NCBI GenBank assembly: GCA_964497435.1 | Contig: CAZCCD010000001.1 | Span: forward strand, 29,914 to 61,913 | Source of the DNA: Candidatus Woesearchaeota archaeon | GTDB lineage: Archaea > Nanobdellota > Nanobdellia > Pacearchaeales > GW2011-AR1 | Length of the DNA: 32,000 nucleotides | Direction of reading: 5' to 3' | In this document: piece after piece, positions 7,971 to 15,847 of the stretch | How positions within the stretch are numbered: position 1 is the stretch's first letter | How the letters are laid out: the number at the start of each line of letters is the position of its first letter | Notes under the pieces: generated by a model | Databases searched by the model: none | The model's input: the letters and a program-made list of their open reading frames with translations, nothing else | Told to the model about the DNA's origin: nothing | Made by a program: the position numbers and the translations under genes

Positions 7971-8627
7971 ATGGAAGAGTTTGTGAACAAAAAGAGAAAT
8001 ACTAAAAAAATCCTTCTTATTACTATTAATGCTGTTATTGTAGTTTTGATTATATCTTTTATCTTATTATTTAGGTCAGAAAAACCAAATCCTGTCAAAG
8101 ATGTAGTTCAAAATATAATTGATAGTGTGACTAATAATGAAGACGATGAAATCCTTTTTCCTCCTGAAGAAAAACTTGGGGGAGGTGGTGGAGGTTCTGG
8201 AGGAGGCGGTTCTGGAGGCGGAGGAGCAAGCAGTGGAGGTGGTGGGGGTTCTGGAGACGGAAGTTCAAATTGCTATACACAAGAAATTTCCTACTACATC
8301 TTAAATGTAAATAAACAAGAGATATGCAATTCCTACAATGGAACAATATGCATAGATAAAACAGTCTCATGCTCGGCAGAGATACATAATGAAGATTTCA
8401 GTATTTCAGGAAATTTCCATTTTATGCTATCAATTGTCGCAATAGGAGAAAACAAAGATAATTCAGTAAAAAATTTTGAATCAACCTTTTCTATAGCCCC
8501 ACAAATGTTCGCTGTTTTTGAAGACTCTGTTAATCTTCAAAGTTCTGAAGAAAATGGTCCTGCAAATAAAGAATATAATTGCTTTTACAATTCTGTTGAA
8601 GTTCCTTTAGCTACTGTTTGTACCTAG
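7971..8627 (+). CDS. membrane-anchored secreted protein with (G4S)-like glycine linker and Cys-rich C-terminal domain
   Basis: 218 aa. N-terminal TM segment (ILLITINAVIVVLIISFILLF). Linker GGGGGSGGGGSGGGGASSGGGGGSGDGSS. The C-terminal ~125 aa contains 7 Cys. TTTTATATAT lies 22-31 nt upstream of the ATG. Confidence 0.65.
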   Translation: MEEFVNKKRNTKKILLITINAVIVVLIISFILLFRSEKPNPVKDVVQNIIDSVTNNEDDEILFPPEEKLGGGGGGSGGGGSGGGGASSGGGGGSGDGSSNCYTQEISYYILNVNKQEICNSYNGTICIDKTVSCSAEIHNEDFSISGNFHFMLSIVAIGENKDNSVKNFESTFSIAPQMFAVFEDSVNLQSSEENGPANKEYNCFYNSVEVPLATVCT

Positions 8628-8901
8628 ATGACACAAACAGGTTTAGATAATTTAGTTCGCTTTAACGCGAAAATTAATTTAATTATAATATTAATAATAA
8701 GATAATAAAGTTTAAATGTTGCATGATTAATTTATTCATTAAGTTAATTTACATCTTAAAATAATTTAGTTTACTCTTGATTTGTATATAATTATAAATT
8801 AATAATTAAAGTTTATCATAACTCATGAACTTACCTCTCACTAATATAAATATTAGCTTTAAAAAATAAATTAAATCATTCAAATATTGCAACTAAAAAT
8901 A

Positions 8902-9321
8902 TTAACTCGCCTGGCTTATTAAAACATCACTGCTTCTTGCCTCAATTACTATCCTTCTTATTCCTTCTCCTGGAGTTAGACTTCCGCTTAGAGGAACCTT
9001 GCTGTCAAAAGCCCTTTTATTAATTTGTCCTCCACTTACACTAGTTGTTATGACTACTGCATTTTGAATTATTGTTATGTTTTCTACACCATCAGGAAGA
9101 TATAATCTTATAGTTGTCTTGCTTGGCTCTCCTGCAAAGAAAACAGATTCTGAAGAACCGATAAGCTGGTTTGCAAAATTTTCAACCTGATTTAATCTTA
9201 TCCTATCTTTTATGTCATTTGAAAAAATAAAAGCAAAGGCAAGTATAGACATTATTGCAAATGTTAAGAAACCTATGACAATCATATACTCTGTTCCTAT
9301 TTGCGCTTTTTTATTTTTCAT
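8902..9321 (-). CDS. pilin-like protein, class III signal peptide
   Basis: 139 aa. N-terminus MKNKKA|QIGTEYMIVIGFLTFAIMSILAFAFIF. It lies 30 nt downstream of adhesin paralogue 2 on the same strand. Confidence 0.7.
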   Translation of the reverse strand: MKNKKAQIGTEYMIVIGFLTFAIMSILAFAFIFSNDIKDRIRLNQVENFANQLIGSSESVFFAGEPSKTTIRLYLPDGVENITIIQNAVVITTSVSGGQINKRAFDSKVPLSGSLTPGEGIRRIVIEARSSDVLISQAS

Positions 9322-9351
9322 ATCTTAAAATTTACTTTATTTGAATTTATA

Positions 9352-11037
9352 TTATTCTTCTTCAAATTCCCAGGTTTCAAGCAACGGTCCTGCAACTTCT
9401 CTTCCTGATGAGAGTATCACTATAGGATAAATCTCGACCTTTATTATTGGTGCTACTAATCCAGATGTTGTTAAATCAAAATCATATTTAGTTACCTGCA
9501 ATATTTCAGGGGCTGGTTTGTCAACAACAGCTGTATTTGATGAAGAATCAAAGAATACAAATCTTAAAAAATTGTATTTTTGTATTGTTTTTGATTGCTG
9601 TATTGATTGGCCTGCTATTGTTGTGTAGATGTTTGTTAAATTATCTATGCTTCCATTAGATGCGTAATAAGTTCCATTTCCGCAGTTTGCGATGGCTTGT
9701 AGAGTCGCAGCATCAGCAGTAGGTTCAATACCAACACTATGGATTGTTAAATTCTGTATACTTGCATTACAAGCTGCATTAATGGCCTGTTGCGCAGGAG
9801 TTCCAGCCCCACCACAACCAAAATTTGCCAACCCATCACTCATAACAATCATTACTTTTTGTTTGTTTAACACTGAGTTATTTCCAAATTCAGCCGAGGC
9901 ATTGTTTATCCCACAACAAATGCAAGTTGCTCCCCAAGCCTCCCAACTATCTATTTTTGAGACTAGAATTCCAGAATTTGTAACTAAACCACTTGAATTA
10001 GAAGAATCTAAAGAACCCCTATATGCTGATAAACCAACTTTATTATTACTCCCAGTGAAAATTTCACTAACTAAGGCTTTATTTGCATTTATAAGAGGGT
10101 TAATTCTATCAATAAGATTCCCTCCACAGATAGGTTCACAATTGTTTAATGATGTTTTAGGTACTTCAGTACAATCGTAAGGAGGAGTAGTTGTTGCGTT
10201 GTTTAACTGGATTTCACTAATCCACATTATGTTTGGATAACTGGGAGGTCCCATTCCTGATTGTTGTACAAACCTTAAAGCTTGTGTTGAAAATTGTGGA
10301 AGAATGATTGTAGAATTTGATATGTTTTGAGCTCCGCCGCTGTTGAAAGTGACTAATGGCTGGAATACATATCCTGCATCTGCGTATTGAATCTCAACCT
10401 GTTGTGAAGTCATATATCTTGAAGTAGTTGCGTTCCAACCCCACCAAATTGTTATATTACTTACAGTTACTTGACCTACTATAAAGTCCATCGTAATCCT
10501 ATGGGGGAAAGGGCCTGTACTAGAACTTGCCCAGGAATTTGTCGTATTAATTATTCCGTCGACTAAATCACTTTCACTCCCAATGCTTGTGCTCCTAACA
10601 GTAACTTGTGCAAAAGGATCCATGCCTTCATTATACAAAAAAGCGCAACAATCTAAAGTTATATCTTCACAAACAGCCATGCTTCCGCTTAAATCCACAA
10701 CACTCATTACATCGACTTGAGGACTCTGGCCTTGTATCTCTATACTTCCTTCAGTTATTATTTTCCCTGTTTTCTTTTGGAGTGTTATGCTTAGACTTAG
10801 ATTATTGCTTTGGTTTATTTCGTCATCTATCACTTCAATGTTTTCACCTATTAAAGACGCTTTTATCGCCGATATTTCAGAATCCCTTTCTAAAATCAAT
10901 CTGACAATAATCCATATAATTGCAATTAAGACTATAGCAATTAAAATAATTAAAAGTGTTGTTATTATTGTTGAAAGGCCTTTTTTCTTTCTACAAATTG
11001 GAGAAACAACTAAACTAACACCTCTTTCTTTTTCCAT
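9352..11037 (-). CDS. pilin-anchored adhesin paralogue 2: vWA/MIDAS domain interrupted by a discoidin (F5/8 type C)-like domain
   Basis: 561 aa. N-terminus RKKKG|LSTIITTLLIILIAIVLIAIIW. MIDAS motif DVMSVVDLSGSM. Insert: HRITMDFIVGQVTVSNITIWWGWNATTSRYMTSQQVEIQY...ALRFVQQ...WISEIQL. Then ATCICCGINN, VMIVMSDGLAN, LTIHSVGIE. The C-terminus is identical to paralogue 1. Confidence 0.8.
   Translation of the reverse strand: MEKERGVSLVVSPICRKKKGLSTIITTLLIILIAIVLIAIIWIIVRLILERDSEISAIKASLIGENIEVIDDEINQSNNLSLSITLQKKTGKIITEGSIEIQGQSPQVDVMSVVDLSGSMAVCEDITLDCCAFLYNEGMDPFAQVTVRSTSIGSESDLVDGIINTTNSWASSSTGPFPHRITMDFIVGQVTVSNITIWWGWNATTSRYMTSQQVEIQYADAGYVFQPLVTFNSGGAQNISNSTIILPQFSTQALRFVQQSGMGPPSYPNIMWISEIQLNNATTTPPYDCTEVPKTSLNNCEPICGGNLIDRINPLINANKALVSEIFTGSNNKVGLSAYRGSLDSSNSSGLVTNSGILVSKIDSWEAWGATCICCGINNASAEFGNNSVLNKQKVMIVMSDGLANFGCGGAGTPAQQAINAACNASIQNLTIHSVGIEPTADAATLQAIANCGNGTYYASNGSIDNLTNIYTTIAGQSIQQSKTIQKYNFLRFVFFDSSSNTAVVDKPAPEILQVTKYDFDLTTSGLVAPIIKVEIYPIVILSSGREVAGPLLETWEFEEE
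9419..9576 (-). repeat. 158-bp block 100% identical to 6089-6246
   Basis: See 6089-6246. A second identical run of 39 bp (10690-10728 = 7549-7587) covers the MIDAS-encoding segment. Confidence 0.9.
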
Positions 11038-11058
11038 TCATTTATAATGAAAATTGTG

Positions 11059-11078
11059 TTTAAATATCTTAGGTTAAA
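11059..11078 (-). promoter_or_regulatory. conserved promoter (TATA box) of adhesin paralogue 2
   Basis: Identical 20-mer to 7912-7931, at the same 22-nt distance from the ATG. Confidence 0.5.
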
Positions 11079-11431
11079 TTAACTTTATTTTGTAGCTTAA
11101 CATAAATACACTATCTTAAATTATATATTAACTGACTCAGAGACTCTGTCAAGAATCTCCGCTATAAAATAGCTTATAAATGAATTTATTAAGAGATAAG
11201 TTTATCTTAAGTCAAAACTTTGTTGACATTTATCATTGATGTAAATATTAATATGTATATTAAAGTGAATTAAATGCTAAGTTAATTTGTTTGTTTTACA
11301 GTTACTCTTATATTATATTTATTAATTCTTACAAAACTTACTTAACTAATTTTATTCTTTGAATTTTCAGTAAGGTTTATATAACTAATACTCTATTTAG
11401 AAATAAGAGAGGTATATAAAAATTTTTAGAC

Positions 11432-11926
11432 ATGGCAAAAAAAGTAGGTATAATTTTAATGGCTATTTTTGTAGTCTCTTTTTTAGGAATAAATTTGTAT
11501 AACTTTTTTTGGGATAGAGATTCAACCTCCCCAACAGGTTCTCTTATAACTGATTTACCTCTCGGCCTTAATATGAGTGTTCTTGCATTTGTTCTTCAAT
11601 GGGTCATACTTTTGGTTGTTGTTATATTTGCATACACGAGATTTTTGAAGCATAGAAAAGAAGAAGACGCAAAGATTGCAGGGCTAGTCCTTCCTAAACT
11701 CACATCAAAATCTCAAACTTATATGGATGTTTTTTACAATCTTCTTAAAGAAAAGAAAAGTTTAAGCATTAGGTCTGTATCCATACTTTTTAATATTAAG
11801 AAAGACAAAGCAATGGAATGGGCAAAAATATTAGAAGACCATGATCTTGTAATAATCGAATATCCTGCTTTCAGTGACCCAGAAGTTAAAATAAAAGAAG
11901 GGAAAATGGAACTTGACATGATTTAA
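11432..11926 (+). CDS. small membrane protein with possible C-terminal winged-helix-like domain; first gene of the filament machinery operon
   Basis: 164 aa. Two predicted TM helices (IILMAIFVVSFLGINLY; VLAFVLQWVILLVVVIFAY). The soluble C-terminal ~70 aa (SIRSVSILFNIKKDKAMEWAKILEDHDLVIIEY) is helix-turn-helix-like by pattern only. Confidence 0.5.
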   Translation: MAKKVGIILMAIFVVSFLGINLYNFFWDRDSTSPTGSLITDLPLGLNMSVLAFVLQWVILLVVVIFAYTRFLKHRKEEDAKIAGLVLPKLTSKSQTYMDVFYNLLKEKKSLSIRSVSILFNIKKDKAMEWAKILEDHDLVIIEYPAFSDPEVKIKEGKMELDMI

Positions 11927-11992
11927 ATTAAAAAGAAAATGATAAAAAATAAAAAACAAATAAATATTAAACTGTTAAATAAAAACTGAAAA

Positions 11993-13966
11993 ATGCTTTT
12001 GAAAAAAAAGAGTGATTATGTTAGAGATTGGGTAAAGAGGGCTATTGAAAAAGGATATCATTTTAAAGATTTACGAAGAGTCCTAACTAAAAGCGGATTT
12101 AACCACAGACAGATTTTGGCTATTCTTTCAATTTATGAAAAAGTTAAGAAAGATCCACATTTTATAATCACTCAAAAAAACATCCCTCTTACAATAAAAA
12201 AAATGCCTTCTTTAGTTTTAAAGCCTTTAGTTACTAAAGAAGATTTACAAAAACAATTCTTGCCTCCTCCTCCACCAAAAAAAACCATTTTTGAAAAAGA
12301 AGAAAGACAGGAACAAAAGAAAGATGATAAAAATATTTTTGAAAATGAACAAAAAAATAAGATATTTCCTTCTCTAAAATTAAGTGAAAAACCTCCTTCG
12401 TCCAGGCTTGACCGAAGTGAAGAAAAAAGCTTAGAACCCATTAAATTAGCTCCTGTATTAATCAAGCCTAAGCCTAAAGGAAAAGTCATAGATGAATATG
12501 AATTAGAAATTGACAAGGCAAAGGTCACGATATCTATTGAAAAAGTAACAGAAGGCCTAATCTATAATGTTTATTTTCCAGAAATAGATATTGCTACAAA
12601 AGCTTTGCTTGAAGAAATAAGAAAAGAATTAATAGCTGTCACAACGCTTGCGATAGGAGAGATAGTTGATCAGAAATCTGTCCAGAATGTAAAAGAAAGA
12701 TTCATGAGAGAGGCTAATACTTTATTGAGAGATAAAGTTCCAGGAATATCAAAAGATACAGAGGATTTTCTTGTAGGAATTTTAATGCAAGAAATGCTTG
12801 GACTCGGCAAGATAGAATTTTTGATTAATGACCCGAATTTGGAGGAAATTGTAATTGTTAGCAGTATTGAAGTAAGAGTTTACCATAAAAAATACGGTTG
12901 GCTTCTTACTAATATAACTCTAAGGTCAGAAGATGAAGTTACCAACTATGCAAATATAATAGCAAGAAGAGTTGGAAGACAAATAAGCATTTTAAACCCT
13001 TTACTTGATGCGCATGTAGTTACTGGAGACAGGGCTAACGCGGTTCTCTATCCTGTAGCTACTAAAGGAAATACAATAACAATTAGAAAATTCTCAAGAG
13101 ACCCCTGGACAATAATAGATCTTATTAACAATAATACAATGAGTAAGGAAATTGCTTCAATATTATGGCTTGCAATGGAGTATGAGATGAATGTCATATT
13201 TTCAGGAGGCACGGCATCTGGAAAAACAGTCTGTTTGAATGCATGTATGCCTTTTATCCCCCCAAATCATAGAGTCATAAGTATGGAAGATACAAGAGAG
13301 TTAATGCTTCCAACATTTCTTTACTGGTGCCCTTTAGTGACAAGGACATCAAATGTCGAGGGAAAAGGAGAGGTTTCTATGCTTGACCTCCTTGTAAATT
13401 CACTTAGAATGAGGCCTGATAGAATAATACTTGGAGAGATAAGAAGACAGAGAGAGGCAGAAGTTTTATTTGAGGCTATGCATACAGGACACTCTGTTTA
13501 TTCTACAGTTCATGCAGACACAGCCAACGAAACAATCAGAAGGCTGACAAATCCTCCAATAAACATCCCCCCTTCAATGCTTTATAGCGTCAATCTTAAT
13601 CTTGTCATGTTTAGAGACAGGAAAAAAGGAGTAAGAAGAGCTTTCCAGCTTGCAGAATTTATTCCTGGCAAAGAATCATTGACTGCTAATTTGCTTTATA
13701 GATGGATTCCTGACAGAGATCAGTTTGTAGCTCATAACAGGAGTCTTTCTTTTTTTGAAACACTAAGCAGAAATACTGGAATGGACGAGAAAGAAATAAA
13801 TTCTGAGATAAACAACAAAAAAGATATTTTTGATTGGCTCATAAAAAACAAAATAAGAGACCTCGAGTCTTTTGGAAAATTAACAAATCTTTATTATACT
13901 GACAGAGAAAGAATGTATTCAATTATAAAAAATAATAAAGTTTCAGAGATTTTAGAGAAAAAATAA
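11993..13966 (+). CDS. type IV filament/secretion ATPase, TadA/FlaI/VirB11 (T2SSE) family, with long Lys/Pro-rich N-terminal extension
   Basis: 657 aa. Walker A FSGGTASGKT, Walker B-like RPDRIILGEIR, His-box TGHSVYSTVHA. The first ~190 aa are low-complexity (PPPPPKK, KPKPKGK). Confidence 0.85.
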   Translation: MLLKKKSDYVRDWVKRAIEKGYHFKDLRRVLTKSGFNHRQILAILSIYEKVKKDPHFIITQKNIPLTIKKMPSLVLKPLVTKEDLQKQFLPPPPPKKTIFEKEERQEQKKDDKNIFENEQKNKIFPSLKLSEKPPSSRLDRSEEKSLEPIKLAPVLIKPKPKGKVIDEYELEIDKAKVTISIEKVTEGLIYNVYFPEIDIATKALLEEIRKELIAVTTLAIGEIVDQKSVQNVKERFMREANTLLRDKVPGISKDTEDFLVGILMQEMLGLGKIEFLINDPNLEEIVIVSSIEVRVYHKKYGWLLTNITLRSEDEVTNYANIIARRVGRQISILNPLLDAHVVTGDRANAVLYPVATKGNTITIRKFSRDPWTIIDLINNNTMSKEIASILWLAMEYEMNVIFSGGTASGKTVCLNACMPFIPPNHRVISMEDTRELMLPTFLYWCPLVTRTSNVEGKGEVSMLDLLVNSLRMRPDRIILGEIRRQREAEVLFEAMHTGHSVYSTVHADTANETIRRLTNPPINIPPSMLYSVNLNLVMFRDRKKGVRRAFQLAEFIPGKESLTANLLYRWIPDRDQFVAHNRSLSFFETLSRNTGMDEKEINSEINNKKDIFDWLIKNKIRDLESFGKLTNLYYTDRERMYSIIKNNKVSEILEKK

Positions 13967-14854
13967 GTGTTCAAAATGAAATTTAGAATTCCCTTCACTT
14001 TTTCTGATATAGAGATTCTTAAGAGAAAGAGCAAGCCTTTTATAAAATTCACCAAACCAAAAAAATCTAGACTCGATGATTATCTTTTAAGCTCTGGAGA
14101 AAATATTTACAGGAGGCAATATTTAGCCATATGTTATAGGTCTTTTTTAGTTAATATACTCGTTTTTTCTGTTTTGTTCACCTCTATACTTGGAGTTTTT
14201 AGGGCAAGTCTTTTTTATTTTTATGGATTAGGATCAGCCATAATGATTTCTGGATTAATATTTTTAAATCAGCTTAATTATCCAAGAATCTTCTCCTTGA
14301 ATAAAGAAAGAAATATAGAAAGCAACCTTATTTCGGTTCTTCAAGATATGATTGTTCAGTTAAATTCAGGAATACCGATGTTTAAAATAATAGTGAATAT
14401 TTCTGAATCTAAATATGGAGAGGTTAGCAACGAATTCAGAAAAATTACAAAAGAAATAAATTCAGGTATTTCTCAGATAGAAGCAATAGAAAAAGCAGGA
14501 AAAATTAATACTTCGACTTATTTTAAAAGAGTGCTGTGGCAGATTAGTAATGGAATGAGATCAGGCGCTGATATGACTAATATTATAGAAGAAGGTATAA
14601 GAAATTTAACTGACGAGCAAGAAATTCAAATTCAAAACTATGGTGGTAAACTTAATCCATTAATAATGTTTTACATGTTGATGGCAGTTATATTGCCTTC
14701 TTTAGGTATAACCTTCCTTATAATTGTGTCTTCTTTAATGAACCTCCCTAGTATTTTGACGCAGTTGGTTTTCTTCGGAATTTTTGGGGTTGTAATATTT
14801 ATGCAGATTATGTTTCTTGGCTTAATTAAATCAAGGAGGCCTAGCCTACTATGA
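13967..14854 (+). CDS. TadB/TadC-like (T2SSF/FlaJ-family) platform membrane protein, half 1
   Basis: 295 aa. It starts directly after the ATPase stop (GTG at 13967; alternative ATG at 13976). It has TM helices at both ends flanking a soluble helical domain. The family call rests on size, topology and position, which are typical of single-domain TadB/TadC proteins. Confidence 0.65.
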   Translation: MFKMKFRIPFTFSDIEILKRKSKPFIKFTKPKKSRLDDYLLSSGENIYRRQYLAICYRSFLVNILVFSVLFTSILGVFRASLFYFYGLGSAIMISGLIFLNQLNYPRIFSLNKERNIESNLISVLQDMIVQLNSGIPMFKIIVNISESKYGEVSNEFRKITKEINSGISQIEAIEKAGKINTSTYFKRVLWQISNGMRSGADMTNIIEEGIRNLTDEQEIQIQNYGGKLNPLIMFYMLMAVILPSLGITFLIIVSSLMNLPSILTQLVFFGIFGVVIFMQIMFLGLIKSRRPSLL

Positions 14855-15813
14855 ACACACTTAATTTTTATCCTGAAAAAATGAGGAAGCAATACATAAA
14901 AAATATTAGGAATGCTGGCATAAAACATACGCCTGAAAAATATCATAATTTTGTTTTTTGGCTAAGTGTTATAATCACCTTAGTCGTTTCTCCTTTTTTT
15001 TATCTTTTCAATGTTCAGATTTATTTTTCAATACTGGTATTTCTCTTTTTTATAATATTTTTTTACATTCAAACAAGCCTTAAAGCTATGAATAGAATAA
15101 AAAAAATGGAAAATGTTTTCCCAGACGTTATTTCTTTAATGGCTAGCAATCTGAGATCAGGCATAACAATAGACAAGGCTTTTTTACTCGCTGCAAGGCC
15201 CGAATTTTACCCTCTCGATCAGGAAATTCTGAAGACTGGGAGAGATATTACAACAGGACAGGATATTGTTTTTGCCTTAAAATCTATGAGTGATAGGGTT
15301 GACTCAGAGAAAATAGAGAAAGTTATCATGCTTATAATTTCAGGATTAAGAGCAGGAGGAAATATTTCTGATTTGCTTGAGCAAACCGCCAATAATATGA
15401 AGAAAAAAGAGCTTCTTGAAAAAAAATCAAGGTCAACCATACTCATGTATGTAATTTTCATATTTTTTGCCGTGGCGCTTGGAGCACCTGTTCTTTTTGG
15501 ATTAAGCTCTGTCCTTGTAGAAATCATAATAGAGCTTACTTCAAGACTTCCTGAAGTAGGAACAATACCAACTGACCTGCCATTCACTTTTAACGAAGTC
15601 TCAATCTCCTTAAATTTTGTAATTTACTTTTCAATAATTTTTATGGTAATATCAAGCTTTATTTCTTCGATGGTTGTGGGACTCGTAAGAAAAGGGGATT
15701 CAAAATCCGGGTTAAAATACTTTTTGCCCATAGTTTCAATTAGCCTTGTCATTTATTTTATAGTTAGGAAAATCTTGGCAGGCATTTTGCTTGATCTTAT
15801 CTCAAATGTTTAG
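14851..15813 (+). CDS. TadB/TadC-like (T2SSF/FlaJ-family) platform membrane protein, half 2
   Basis: 320 aa. Its ATG overlaps the previous stop (ATGA). The topology matches the preceding gene (N-terminal TM pair, soluble helical domain, C-terminal TM cluster). Confidence 0.65.
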   Translation: MNTLNFYPEKMRKQYIKNIRNAGIKHTPEKYHNFVFWLSVIITLVVSPFFYLFNVQIYFSILVFLFFIIFFYIQTSLKAMNRIKKMENVFPDVISLMASNLRSGITIDKAFLLAARPEFYPLDQEILKTGRDITTGQDIVFALKSMSDRVDSEKIEKVIMLIISGLRAGGNISDLLEQTANNMKKKELLEKKSRSTILMYVIFIFFAVALGAPVLFGLSSVLVEIIIELTSRLPEVGTIPTDLPFTFNEVSISLNFVIYFSIIFMVISSFISSMVVGLVRKGDSKSGLKYFLPIVSISLVIYFIVRKILAGILLDLISNV

Positions 15814-15847
15814 AAATATTTAAAAGAGAGATTAAATTTAATTTACT

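Noticed and set aside
8179-8265. G4S-type linker as a sign of synthetic or vector contamination
   Set aside because: The linker is irregular (GGGGGS, GGGGS, GGGGASS, GGGGGS, GDGSS). It lies in frame within a native-looking gene with its own TATA-spaced promoter and flanking AT-rich archaeal context.
6668-11047. + strand ORFs 6668..6874, 7231..7494, 9692..10180, 10608..10904, 10787..11047 and - strand ORF 8131..8370
   Set aside because: They are antisense to the adhesin paralogues or to the Gly-linker gene. The partner-strand genes have clear domain motifs.
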